Shown here piece after piece: positions 45,369 to 54,698 of a DNA stretch of 64,000 nucleotides. Origin of the DNA: Actinomycetes bacterium (GTDB lineage Bacteria > Actinomycetota > Actinomycetes > S36-B12). The stretch lies in assembly GCA_965227045.1 (NCBI GenBank), contig OZ245718.1, forward strand, positions 451,031 to 515,030. The letters run 5' to 3'. Made by a program: the position numbers and the translations under genes. The first letter of the stretch is position 1. The number at the start of each line of letters is the position of its first letter. The notes under the pieces are model-generated. The model ran no database searches. It was not told the DNA's origin and saw only the letters and a list, made by a program, of their open reading frames with translations.

Positions 45369-46739
45369 ATGGATCGTCGGATCTTCGGCATTGAGACCGA
45401 GTACGGCGTCACCTGCACGTTCAACGGGCAGCGCCGACTCAGTCCGGACGAGGTTGCCCGCTACCTGTTCCGTCGCGTGGTGGCCTGGGGACGCAGCAGC
45501 AATGTCTTCCTCACCAACGGCTCGCGCCTGTACCTCGACGTCGGCAGTCATCCGGAGTACGCCACCGCCGAGTGCGACAGCATCCCGCAACTGGTCACCC
45601 ACGATCGCGCGGGCGAGCGGATCCTCGAGGGACTCGTCGTCGACGCGGAGCGCCGCCTGCGCGAGGAGGGCGTGTTCGGGGACATCTACCTGTTCAAGAA
45701 CAACACCGACTCCGCGGGCAACTCCTACGGCTGCCACGAGAACTTTCTCGTCGAGCGCCGCGGCGAGTTCGCGCGCCTGGCCGAGCGCTTCATCCCCTTT
45801 CTCATCTCCCGGCAGCTCATCGCGGGCGCGGGCAAGGTCCTGCAGACGCCCCGCGGTGCCGTCTACTGCCTGAGCCAGCGCGCCGATCACATGTGGGAGG
45901 GCGTCTCGAGCGCCACGACCCGCTCGCGCCCGATCATCAACACGCGCGATGAGCCGCACGCCGACGCAGACCTGTATCGGCGCCTGCACGTCATTGTTGG
46001 CGACAGCAACATGAGCGAGACGACCACGATGCTCAAAGTCGGCTCGGCCGACCTCGTGCTGAAGATGCTCGAGGCCGGCGTAGTCATGCGCGACATGACC
46101 TTGGAGAACCCGATCCGGGCGATCCGCGAGATGAGCCACGACATCACGGGCAAGCGCACCGTGAAGCTCACCACCGGCAGGGAACTGTCCGCACTCCAGA
46201 TGCAGTGGGAGTACTTCGAGAAGGCGTCCGACTTCGCCGAGCGGCGCGGACTGGTCGACGAGCCGACCGGCACCACGAGGCGCGTCCTCGAACTGTGGGG
46301 GAGGTCGCTGAAGGCCATCGAGGCCGAGGACCTGTCGCTCATCGACCGGGAGATCGACTGGGCGATCAAGTGGCGCCTGATCAACCGCTACATGGTCAAG
46401 CACCAGATGGACATCGACGCCCCCCGCGTCGCCCAGCTGGACCTGGCGTACCACGACATCAACCGCAACCGCGGCCTGTACTACATGCTCGAGCGCAATG
46501 GCCTGGTCGAGCGGGTCACCACGGACCTGTCGGTCTTCGAGGCAAAGTCCGTGCCACCCCAGACCACCCGAGCCAAACTCCGCGGCGACTTCGTGCGGCG
46601 GGCTCAGGAGCGCCGGCGCGACTTCACGGTGGACTGGGTTCACCTCAAGCTCAACGACCAGGCGCAGCGCACCGTGCTGTGCAAGGACCCGTTTGCGAAC
46701 GTGGATGAGCGAGTTGAGCGCCTCATCGCGGGCATGTAG
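45369..46739 (+). CDS. pafA: Pup-protein ligase
   Basis: 456 aa. [25 protein letters not shown]. Confidence 0.95.
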   Translation: MDRRIFGIETEYGVTCTFNGQRRLSPDEVARYLFRRVVAWGRSSNVFLTNGSRLYLDVGSHPEYATAECDSIPQLVTHDRAGERILEGLVVDAERRLREEGVFGDIYLFKNNTDSAGNSYGCHENFLVERRGEFARLAERFIPFLISRQLIAGAGKVLQTPRGAVYCLSQRADHMWEGVSSATTRSRPIINTRDEPHADADLYRRLHVIVGDSNMSETTTMLKVGSADLVLKMLEAGVVMRDMTLENPIRAIREMSHDITGKRTVKLTTGRELSALQMQWEYFEKASDFAERRGLVDEPTGTTRRVLELWGRSLKAIEAEDLSLIDREIDWAIKWRLINRYMVKHQMDIDAPRVAQLDLAYHDINRNRGLYYMLERNGLVERVTTDLSVFEAKSVPPQTTRAKLRGDFVRRAQERRRDFTVDWVHLKLNDQAQRTVLCKDPFANVDERVERLIAGM

Positions 46740-46763
46740 GTGCTGGTCGTCTAGGCTCGTGGC

Positions 46764-47438
46764 GTGAAGCGATCCCTGGCGCTCGTCGCCCTTTCCGCGT
46801 CCCTCGTGGTCACGCTCGCCGCATGCGGCAGCCAGACCGATGAGCGGGTAACTCCCGCCTCCTCCGCAGTCCCGTCGGTCATCCCCGCCGAGTCGCCTGC
46901 CGCCCAGCCCACTGGCGCAGCGAGCGAGGCGACTCCGGGCGCTGCCCAGTCCTCCCTGATGGCCGCCACGCCGTTCGTCACCGTCGACTGCGTCAGCGGC
47001 CAGGTCATGCCGAACGACTCGCCGCCGCAGGGCACGACCATCGGCAGCGCCACCGGCTCCCTTCAGGCCAACGGCGCGCCGGCGATCACCATCGCGACCG
47101 ATGCCACGCCGGCCACCGAGCTGGGCGTTGCGGACATGGTCGAAGGCAGCGGCGCCGAGGCGAAGGCGGGCGACACGCTCACCGTCGACTACTGCGGCGT
47201 CGGCCTTGGCGGCAAGGCCCTCTTCGACTCCTCGTACTCCCGCGGTACCCCGGCGACGTTCCCGCTCGACGGCGTCATCCAGGGCTGGCAGGAAGGCGTC
47301 CCCGGCATGAAGGTCGGCGGGACGCGTCTGCTCGTCATCCCCGGGGCGATGGCCTACGGCGAGACCCCGCCCGACGGTGCCGGCATCTCGCCCGACGAGA
47401 CGCTGGTCTTCACCATCACTCTGCAGAGCATCAGCTAG
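46764..47438 (+). CDS. FKBP-type peptidyl-prolyl isomerase, lipoprotein
   Basis: 224 aa. Lipobox LVVTLAAC. C-terminal FKBP domain (DSSYSRGTPATFPLDGVIQGWQEGVPGMKVGGTRLLVIPGAMAYG). Confidence 0.85.
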   Translation: MKRSLALVALSASLVVTLAACGSQTDERVTPASSAVPSVIPAESPAAQPTGAASEATPGAAQSSLMAATPFVTVDCVSGQVMPNDSPPQGTTIGSATGSLQANGAPAITIATDATPATELGVADMVEGSGAEAKAGDTLTVDYCGVGLGGKALFDSSYSRGTPATFPLDGVIQGWQEGVPGMKVGGTRLLVIPGAMAYGETPPDGAGISPDETLVFTITLQSIS

Positions 47439-47502
47439 TCCGCGCCGACCAACCCGTCCAGCACCGCGCGGCCAATCCGGCCCGATCGCAAGGAGTCAGT
47501 TC

Positions 47503-47862
47503 ATGGCCAGCAAGCCCGAAATCGAGTTCCTCGAGGGTCCCGCACCCGACGTCCTGGTGATCACCGACATCATCGTCGGCGAGGGCGCCGAGGCGACCCC
47601 GGGGGCGAAGGTAGACGTGCACTACCTCGGTGTCGACTTCGAGACCGGCGAGCAGTTCGACTCCTCGTGGGATCGCGGCGAGTCCATCTCGTTCCCGCTG
47701 GCCGGTCTCATCGCCGGCTGGCAGGAGGGCATTCCGGGCATGCGCGTCGGTGGCCGCCGCCAACTGGTGATCCCGCCCGCGCTGGCCTACGGCGAGTCAG
47801 GTGGCCACCGGCTGGCCGGCCGCACGCTGGTCTTCGTGATCGACCTCATCGACGTCGGCTAA
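47503..47862 (+). CDS. FKBP-type peptidyl-prolyl isomerase, cytosolic
   Basis: ORF 47377..47862. ATG 47503 follows AAGGAG. 119 aa. FDSSWDRGESISFPLAGLIAGWQEGIPGMRVGGRRQLVIPPALAYG. Confidence 0.85.
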   Translation: MASKPEIEFLEGPAPDVLVITDIIVGEGAEATPGAKVDVHYLGVDFETGEQFDSSWDRGESISFPLAGLIAGWQEGIPGMRVGGRRQLVIPPALAYGESGGHRLAGRTLVFVIDLIDVG

Positions 47863-47869
47863 GAGCCGC

Positions 47870-48850
47870 ATGACCGAACGGGTCGACCGCACGGAGCGGC
47901 TCCTCAACCTGGTCATCTGCCTGATGGCCACGAGCACGGCGGTCCCGCGCGCTGACATACGCGCGCGGATCCCGGGCTATTCGGACGCGACGTCTGATAC
48001 GGCCTTCGAGCGGATGTTCGAGCGCGACAAGGACGAACTGCGCTCGATGGGCATTCCGGTCGACACCGTCACCGACGTCAGCGGCGAGGTGATCGGCTAC
48101 CGCATCGTCGAGGACTCGTATGCACTGCAGGCCATCGACTTCACGCTCGAGGAGCGCGCTGCGATCGCCGTCGCCGCTCAGGTGTGGAGTCGCGCGGCCA
48201 TCGCGCCCGTTGCCGGCACGGCGCTGCGCAAACTGGAGAGCCTCGACGGTGGGACTGCCGACTGGGCGCCCGCCGATCTGCGCGGGCCAGTGCAGCTGAC
48301 GGCCAGCGACGCCGCGCTGCTGCCGCTGATGTCCGCGGTGCGCCACGACAAGGTCGTGACCTTCGACTACCGAACTCCCGTCCAGGCCGAGGCCCAGCGC
48401 CGGACGGTGAGCCCGTGGGGGCTGCGCTCGGCTTCGGGCCGCTGGATCCTCGTCGGCTTCGACCATGATCGCGATGCCCAGCGCACGTTCCGCCTGTCGC
48501 GCATCGAGGGTTCGGTCACCGTCACAGCGAAGCCTCGTGAGCACCAGCCGCCGGAGGGCTTCGACATCGGCGCGAATCCGACCGATGGGTACGCCGATGA
48601 GGCGATCCAGGCGACGCTGCGGATCGCACCACATCGCGGTGCGGCGCTGCGCAGGCTCGCGGTCGCGACCGCGGACACCGATCCTTTCGAGGCCGACACC
48701 GTCACGGTCTCGGCACGGTCGATCGACGACCTGGTGTCGCTGGTGTGCGGGGCCGGCGCCGACGTCGTCGTCCTGGATCCGCCCGAGGTGGTCGACAGGG
48801 TCGTCGCCGCGCTGGCTGCGCTTCGACGCGCGCACGGAGCGGCATCGTGA
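47870..48850 (+). CDS. pafB: PafB, WYL-domain transcriptional regulator
   Basis: 326 aa. N-terminal HTH (RTERLLNLVICLMA), central WYL region (RWILVGFDHDRDAQRTFRLSRI). Located directly after pafA and the FKBP genes. Confidence 0.85.
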   Translation: MTERVDRTERLLNLVICLMATSTAVPRADIRARIPGYSDATSDTAFERMFERDKDELRSMGIPVDTVTDVSGEVIGYRIVEDSYALQAIDFTLEERAAIAVAAQVWSRAAIAPVAGTALRKLESLDGGTADWAPADLRGPVQLTASDAALLPLMSAVRHDKVVTFDYRTPVQAEAQRRTVSPWGLRSASGRWILVGFDHDRDAQRTFRLSRIEGSVTVTAKPREHQPPEGFDIGANPTDGYADEAIQATLRIAPHRGAALRRLAVATADTDPFEADTVTVSARSIDDLVSLVCGAGADVVVLDPPEVVDRVVAALAALRRAHGAAS

Positions 48851-49827
48851 CCGGCACCGCGGCCGACCGGCTGTCGCGACTGCTTGCCCTCGTGCCGTGG
48901 CTGATCGCTCGTGACGGCGTGACGATGGCCGAGTGCGCCGAGCACTTCGGGGTCAGTGAGGAGCAGCTCGACCTCGACCTGTGGCTGCTGGTCGTCTGCG
49001 GCGTGCCCGGGTACGGACCTGATCAGCTCGTCGACATCCAGTTCTGGGACGACGGCCGGATCCACGTGATCGACCCGCAGACGCTCAAGCACCCCCTGCG
49101 CCTGAGCCAGGAGGAGGCGCTGACTCTCATCGTCGCGCTGCGGATGCTCGCGCAGGTTCCCGGCGTGGAGGACCGCAATGCCATCGTCTCGGCCGCGGTG
49201 AAGCTCGAGAACGCGGCGAGCGTTGTCGACTCGGCCCGCGAGATGGCCGTGCACGTGGCGATCGACCCGGCGATCACCGCCGTCGTCGACACCGCCCTCG
49301 ACGAAGGCCGCGAACTCGCGATTCGATACGCCGCCGCCACCCGCGACGAGGTCACCGACCGCACCATCCAGCCCCGCCGCCTGTTCACGACCGACGGGGT
49401 CATCTACCTCGAGGCGTACTGCCTGTCGGCCGAGGCCCTGCGGACCTTCCGACTCGATCGCGTCCTGACGGCGACGCTGGGGGACCAGTTCGCTGCGGAG
49501 ACGGTCAGCACTCCGACTCCGGCGCCGACCGCGCCACGAACGCCCCACGAGACCGCAGTTCTTGCCGTGGAGCCCGGCGCGCGATGGATCATCGACGTTC
49601 ACCAGGCCACCGAGGCGGCCGCAGCGCTTCCCGACGGACGATCCGTCGTCCGCCTTCCGTTGCACTCCTTCGACTGGGGGGTCCGCCTCGTGCTGTCTTT
49701 GCAGGGATCGGCGACCGTGCTCGAGCCTGAAGATCTCGTGGAGGCCGTGGCGGGTGCCGCCGATGCGGCCCTGGCGGCGTACCCTGAGCGATACCCGACG
49801 ACGGAAAGTAAGGAAGTGAGCCGATGA
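48847..49827 (+). CDS. pafC: PafC, WYL-domain transcriptional regulator
   Basis: ORF 48745..49827. GTG 48847 (GTGA overlap with pafB). [14 protein letters not shown], and [20 protein letters not shown] (WYL). Confidence 0.85.
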   Translation: MTGTAADRLSRLLALVPWLIARDGVTMAECAEHFGVSEEQLDLDLWLLVVCGVPGYGPDQLVDIQFWDDGRIHVIDPQTLKHPLRLSQEEALTLIVALRMLAQVPGVEDRNAIVSAAVKLENAASVVDSAREMAVHVAIDPAITAVVDTALDEGRELAIRYAAATRDEVTDRTIQPRRLFTTDGVIYLEAYCLSAEALRTFRLDRVLTATLGDQFAAETVSTPTPAPTAPRTPHETAVLAVEPGARWIIDVHQATEAAAALPDGRSVVRLPLHSFDWGVRLVLSLQGSATVLEPEDLVEAVAGAADAALAAYPERYPTTESKEVSR

Positions 49828-50159
49828 GGCTGCCTCAGGGTTTTGAATGGCTGATCATCGTCGCGATCGTGCTCCTGCTCTTCGGCGCGAAGCGCATGCC
49901 CGACGCTGCCCGCGGACTGGGCCGGTCCCTGAGGATCTTCAAGGCGGAGACCAAGGGCCTGACCGACGACGACACCCCCGCGAAGCCGGAGGAGATTCCT
50001 CCCGCAGCCGTCACGCCAGCGCCGATCGCTGCACCAGCGCCGATCCCGGCACCGGCACCTATTCCGGCACCGGCGCCTATTCCCGCGCCTGCGCCTGTCG
50101 TTGATGCAGCATCGCCGGCGCCCAGGGACGCGACGGCACCCGAGCGAACTGAGGGCTGA
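49824..50159 (+). CDS. tatA: Twin-arginine translocase subunit TatA/E
   Basis: 111 aa. ATGA overlap with paf[37 protein letters not shown]. Long Pro/Ala-rich tail. Confidence 0.9.
   Translation: MRLPQGFEWLIIVAIVLLLFGAKRMPDAARGLGRSLRIFKAETKGLTDDDTPAKPEEIPPAAVTPAPIAAPAPIPAPAPIPAPAPIPAPAPVVDAASPAPRDATAPERTEG
50016..50099 (+). repeat. Degenerate 18-nt tandem repeat encoding (PAPAPI)n in the TatA tail
   Basis: Encodes [28 protein letters not shown]. Units such as CCGGCACCGGCACCTATT and CCGGCACCGGCGCCTATT lie in tandem. Confidence 0.75.
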
Positions 50160-50171
50160 CCCTCCGGTCCC

Positions 50172-51032
50172 ATGGCGATCAAGGAACGGGGCGCCGATCG
50201 CTCTGCGGCGATGCCGCTCACCGAGCACCTGCGCGAACTGAGAAACAGGCTGGTCAAGTCTGGTCTGGCCATCGGCGTGGGCATGGTGATCGGCTGGATC
50301 TACTACCCGCAGATCTTCGCCTGGGTCAGCGACCCGTTCGACTCGATCATCGCCCAGGCCAAGGCCGACGGCCACGAGATCACGCTGGCGCTCACAGGCG
50401 TCGCCGACCCGTTCGTCCTGCAGATCCAGCTGTCAGCGGTGGCTGGCGTCGTTCTCGCTGCACCGATCTGGCTCTATCAACTCTGGCGTTTCGTCACGCC
50501 CGGTCTGCACAGGCACGAGAAGCGCTGGGCCATCGGCTTCGCCGCGGCCGCAACCCCGCTCTTCGCGGCCGGCGTGATCCTGGCCTACGAGGTCCTGCCA
50601 TACGGGCTTCAGGTGCTCTTCGGTTTCACACCTGACGGCGTCGAGAACATCGTGTCCGTCGACAAGTACCTGTCCTTCTTCATCCGCACGATCCTCATCT
50701 TCGGCGTCGGCTTCCTGGTGCCGTTGCTGCTCGTGCTCTTGAACTTCGCGGGTGTGCTCCCCGGGCGGAAGCTGCTCGGCTGGTGGCGGTGGATCATCAT
50801 CATCGTGCTGGTGTTCGCGGCCGTCGCGACGCCGACCGGCGATCCGATCAACCTCATGCTGCTCGCCGTCCCGATCCTCATCCTCGTGATGATCGCGGTC
50901 GGGGTCTGCCTGCTCAACGACCGGCGCCGGTCCAGGCGCCGCAAGGGCATCGACATCGACTACGACTCCCTCGACGACGACGAGACCTCCCCGCTCGACG
51001 AGACGCCGTCCCCGCTCGACGACGACACGTGA
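50172..51032 (+). CDS. tatC: Twin-arginine translocase subunit TatC
   Basis: 286 aa, 6 TM. MPLTEHLRELRNRL N-terminus, and FVTPGL. Confidence 0.92.
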   Translation: MAIKERGADRSAAMPLTEHLRELRNRLVKSGLAIGVGMVIGWIYYPQIFAWVSDPFDSIIAQAKADGHEITLALTGVADPFVLQIQLSAVAGVVLAAPIWLYQLWRFVTPGLHRHEKRWAIGFAAAATPLFAAGVILAYEVLPYGLQVLFGFTPDGVENIVSVDKYLSFFIRTILIFGVGFLVPLLLVLLNFAGVLPGRKLLGWWRWIIIIVLVFAAVATPTGDPINLMLLAVPILILVMIAVGVCLLNDRRRSRRRKGIDIDYDSLDDDETSPLDETPSPLDDDT

Positions 51033-51934
51033 GTGGCGCCGAGCACGTCTGGCTGATTGCGAATCCGACCGCCGGCGGTGGCCGTGGCCGTGAATGCGCG
51101 GCGCGCACTGCAGACATCCTCAATGCAGCCGGAGTTCTGAGCGTTCTCATCGAGCCGACCTCCGCAGATGGAACCACCGAGGCGGCGCACGAAGCCGTGC
51201 GAGCCGGCGCGAAGGTGGTCCTCGCGTGCGGCGGCGACGGAACAGTGCATGGAGTCGTGCAGGCGCTCGTCGACACCGAGGTAGCGCTCGGGATCATCGC
51301 GTGCGGGTCCGGCGACGACATCGCTCTGGCGCTCAACTTTCCCTCGCACGACGTCGAGGCCGCCGTCGCCTACGTGACGTCGGCCATCGCCGCGGGCACG
51401 ACGCGAGTCGTCGACACAGGACGCGCGACCACGGCTGACGGCACCACTCGCGACTTCCTCGCCGTTCTGTCCACGGGGTTCGACTCGGCGGTCAACGAGC
51501 GCGCGAACCACATGACGAGATGGGGCGGCCAGCGCTACAACGTCGCCATGGTCCGAGAACTTGCCTCCTTCCGTCCTTCGCACTACGAGTTGCAGCTCGA
51601 TGACGAGGTCGTCTCCGGCGAGGCCATGCTCGTGGCGGTAGGCAACGGGGCAACCTACGGCGGCGGAATGCGAATCTGCCCGGGAGCGACGATCCATGAC
51701 GGACTGCTCGACGTGACCTGGCTGTCGGCGATGACGAAGCCGGATTTCCTCCGCGCGTTCCCGTCAGTCTTCACCGGCAAGCACGTCAGCCACCGGGCGG
51801 TGCGGACATTCCGCAGCCGCACGCTGACGATCAGTGCCGACCGGCAGATTGCCTACGCCGACGGCGAACGCGTCGGACCCCTGCCGGTGTCCATCGAGGC
51901 CCGTGCCGGCGCCCTGCGCGTGCTGACGGGCTGA
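51029..51934 (+). CDS. Diacylglycerol kinase family lipid kinase
   Basis: ORF 50783..51934. GTG 51029 (GTGA overlap with tatC). WLIANPTAGGG, ACGGDGTVHGVV, GIIACGSGDD. Confidence 0.85.
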   Translation: MSGAEHVWLIANPTAGGGRGRECAARTADILNAAGVLSVLIEPTSADGTTEAAHEAVRAGAKVVLACGGDGTVHGVVQALVDTEVALGIIACGSGDDIALALNFPSHDVEAAVAYVTSAIAAGTTRVVDTGRATTADGTTRDFLAVLSTGFDSAVNERANHMTRWGGQRYNVAMVRELASFRPSHYELQLDDEVVSGEAMLVAVGNGATYGGGMRICPGATIHDGLLDVTWLSAMTKPDFLRAFPSVFTGKHVSHRAVRTFRSRTLTISADRQIAYADGERVGPLPVSIEARAGALRVLTG

Positions 51935-51962
51935 CCGCCTCCGCAGGACGTAGCCTGAGGTC

Positions 51963-54698
51963 ATGCCCAGCCCTGCCGAGCGGTACGCCGCTGCCTTGGT
52001 CCGGGGCGCCCAGGATCGTTCCGAGCTCGGCCCGTTCGCGGCCGGGTACCTGTTCGGCCTCGACGACTTCCAGGTTCGCGCCTGCCAGGCCCTTGAAGCG
52101 GGCAAGGGAGTGCTCGTCGCCGCGCCGACCGGCTCCGGCAAGACCGTCGTCGGTGAGTTCGCGATCCACCTCGCGTTGACCCAGGGACGCAAGTGCTTCT
52201 ACACGACACCGATCAAGGCCCTGTCGAACCAGAAGTACAACGACCTCGTCGCGCGGCACGGAGCCGATCGGGTCGGACTCCTCACGGGCGACAACTCGAT
52301 CAACGGGGAAGCCCCGATCGTCGTCATGACGACCGAGGTCCTGCGCAACATGCTCTATGCCGGTTCGTCGACCCTCAGCGAATTGGCTTACGTGGTGATG
52401 GACGAGGTGCACTACCTCGCCGATCGCTTCCGCGGTGCCGTCTGGGAAGAGGTGATCATTCACCTGCCCGAGTCGGTGACCGTCGTCGCACTGTCCGCGA
52501 CCGTGAGCAATGCAGAGGAGTTCGGTGCCTGGCTGGAGACGGTGCGCGGGGAGACCGCGATCGTCGTCGAGGAGCACCGCCCGGTCCCGCTGTGGCAGCA
52601 CGTCATGGCTGGTCCGCGCATGTACGACCTGTTCGTTGACGACGACCAGCGCGTCGTCAATCCTGAGCTTGTCCGGCTCGCACGCGAGGAGGAGCGGCGC
52701 GAGCGGCCGACGGGATCGCGGTCACGAGGGAACCGAGATCGCCCGCACGGTCGCGGGCCGAAGACCCCGTGGCGCAGCGAGGTCGCGGAGCGGCTCGAGC
52801 GCGACGGACTGCTGCCAGCCATCTACTTCCTGTTCAGCCGTGCCGGCTGCGACGACGCGGTGCGGCAGTGCCTGCAGGCCGGGTTGCGCCTGACCACGTC
52901 GGAGGAGCGCAAGATCATCCGGTCGACCGCACTGTCGGCGACCTTGGAACTGCCCGACGAGGACCTCGCCGCTCTCGGGTTCGACGAGTGGCTCGAAGCA
53001 CTCGAGCGCGGCCTGTCGGCGCATCACGCCGGGCTCCTGCCCGTGTTCAAGGAGATCGTCGAGAACCTGTTCCAGCAGGGACTGATCAAGGTGGTCTTCG
53101 CCACGGAGACGCTCGCGCTCGGCATCAACATGCCAGCGAAGTCGGTCGTCCTGGAGCGACTGGTGAAGTGGAATGGCGAGACGCACGTCGATCTCACGCC
53201 GGGGGAGTACACGCAGCTGACCGGACGGGCCGGCAGGCGCGGTATCGACGTCGAGGGCCACGCGGTGGTGCTCTGGCAGCAGCGACTTGACCCCCGCTCG
53301 CTTGCCGGACTCGCGTCCACGCGAACCTATCCGCTGCGATCGTCCTTCCAGCCCTCGTACAACATGGCCGTCAATCTCGTCTCGAGACTGGGAAGGCATG
53401 CGGCCCGCGAAGTGCTTGAGACCTCGTTCGCACAGTTCCAGGCCGACCGTTCGGTCGTCGGCCTCGCTACCGAGCTGCGCAAGGTCGAGGAGGGCCGGGA
53501 GGGATACCGACAGGCGATGTCCTGCCATCTCGGCGACTTCTTCGAGTACTCCGAGATGCGCGAAGCACTGTCTCGGCGCGAGAAGGACATCAACCGTCGG
53601 GCGGCGGCCGAGCGACGCGATGCCGCGGAGGACTCGTGGCTGGCGCTGAAGCAGGGCGACGTCGTGTTCATCAGCACTGGTCGACGGGCCGGACCTGCGG
53701 TGATCCTCGATCAGCGCCGCCACCGCAGCCCCAACTTCGTGTCGCGTCCGATGGTGCTTACGGGCGACGGCCAGGTTCGCCGTGTGTCGATCGCGGACAC
53801 CGCCCAGTCGGTCGAGGCGCTCACGTCCGTCACTGTTCCCAAGGGTTTCGTCGCCAAGGACGCGCGTGCGCGCCGCGATCTGGTCGCTGCCCTGCACGCC
53901 GCGTACGGCGACATCCCGCACGAGGAGCGCCGCCGCAAGGCCGCGACCACCGAGGACGCGGAGATCCAGCGACTGCGTGCCGAACTTCGCCAGCATCCGT
54001 GTCATGGATGCTCCGATCGTGAGGTGCATGCGCGTTGGGCCGAGCGCTATCACCGCGTCGACAGGCAGATCCGCGACCTGGAGCGCCGCGTGGAGGGCCG
54101 CACGAACTCGATCGCCAAGCGCTTCGACCGCGTGTGCGAGGTCCTCACCGAACTGGGCTACCTCACGTCCTCGGGCGACTCGGCGGAAGTGACCGCACCG
54201 GGCCGCACGCTGATGCGGCTGTACACGGAGTCTGATCTCATGGCGGCGCAGTCGATTCTCGACGGCACGTGGAGCGGCCTCGACGCAGCGGAACTGGCCG
54301 CCGTCTGCGCGGCCGTCGTGTATGAGTCGCGCAGCTCCGACGACGAGACTCCCGCGGCAATGCCCACGCACGCGGTGCGCGTGGCCGTGGAACGGCTGGT
54401 GTCACTTCGCGGCGAGCTGCATGCGCTCGAGGCCCGTCATGGGCTGGAGATCACCCGGAAGCCCGATCCGGGAATTGTCGACGCCACGCACCGCTGGGCG
54501 CAAGGCGCGAACCTCCTGCAAGTGCTCACCCACGCGGACACCACGGCGGGTGACTTCGTGCGCTGGATGCGCCAGGTGATCGACCTGCTCGGCCAGATCT
54601 CCCAGGCGGTCGACCCCGCAGACCCGGTCCGACTCATCGCGCATGAAGCCGCTGACCTCGTCAACCGAGGAGTAGTCGCCTACTCGTCGGCCGTGTAG
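51963..54698 (+). CDS. helY: DEAD/DEAH-box helicase, Ski2-like (HelY)
   Basis: 911 aa. APTGSGKT (motif I), MDEVHY (DEVH), SAT, and a C-terminal DSHCT-like region. Confidence 0.9.
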   Translation: MPSPAERYAAALVRGAQDRSELGPFAAGYLFGLDDFQVRACQALEAGKGVLVAAPTGSGKTVVGEFAIHLALTQGRKCFYTTPIKALSNQKYNDLVARHGADRVGLLTGDNSINGEAPIVVMTTEVLRNMLYAGSSTLSELAYVVMDEVHYLADRFRGAVWEEVIIHLPESVTVVALSATVSNAEEFGAWLETVRGETAIVVEEHRPVPLWQHVMAGPRMYDLFVDDDQRVVNPELVRLAREEERRERPTGSRSRGNRDRPHGRGPKTPWRSEVAERLERDGLLPAIYFLFSRAGCDDAVRQCLQAGLRLTTSEERKIIRSTALSATLELPDEDLAALGFDEWLEALERGLSAHHAGLLPVFKEIVENLFQQGLIKVVFATETLALGINMPAKSVVLERLVKWNGETHVDLTPGEYTQLTGRAGRRGIDVEGHAVVLWQQRLDPRSLAGLASTRTYPLRSSFQPSYNMAVNLVSRLGRHAAREVLETSFAQFQADRSVVGLATELRKVEEGREGYRQAMSCHLGDFFEYSEMREALSRREKDINRRAAAERRDAAEDSWLALKQGDVVFISTGRRAGPAVILDQRRHRSPNFVSRPMVLTGDGQVRRVSIADTAQSVEALTSVTVPKGFVAKDARARRDLVAALHAAYGDIPHEERRRKAATTEDAEIQRLRAELRQHPCHGCSDREVHARWAERYHRVDRQIRDLERRVEGRTNSIAKRFDRVCEVLTELGYLTSSGDSAEVTAPGRTLMRLYTESDLMAAQSILDGTWSGLDAAELAAVCAAVVYESRSSDDETPAAMPTHAVRVAVERLVSLRGELHALEARHGLEITRKPDPGIVDATHRWAQGANLLQVLTHADTTAGDFVRWMRQVIDLLGQISQAVDPADPVRLIAHEAADLVNRGVVAYSSAV

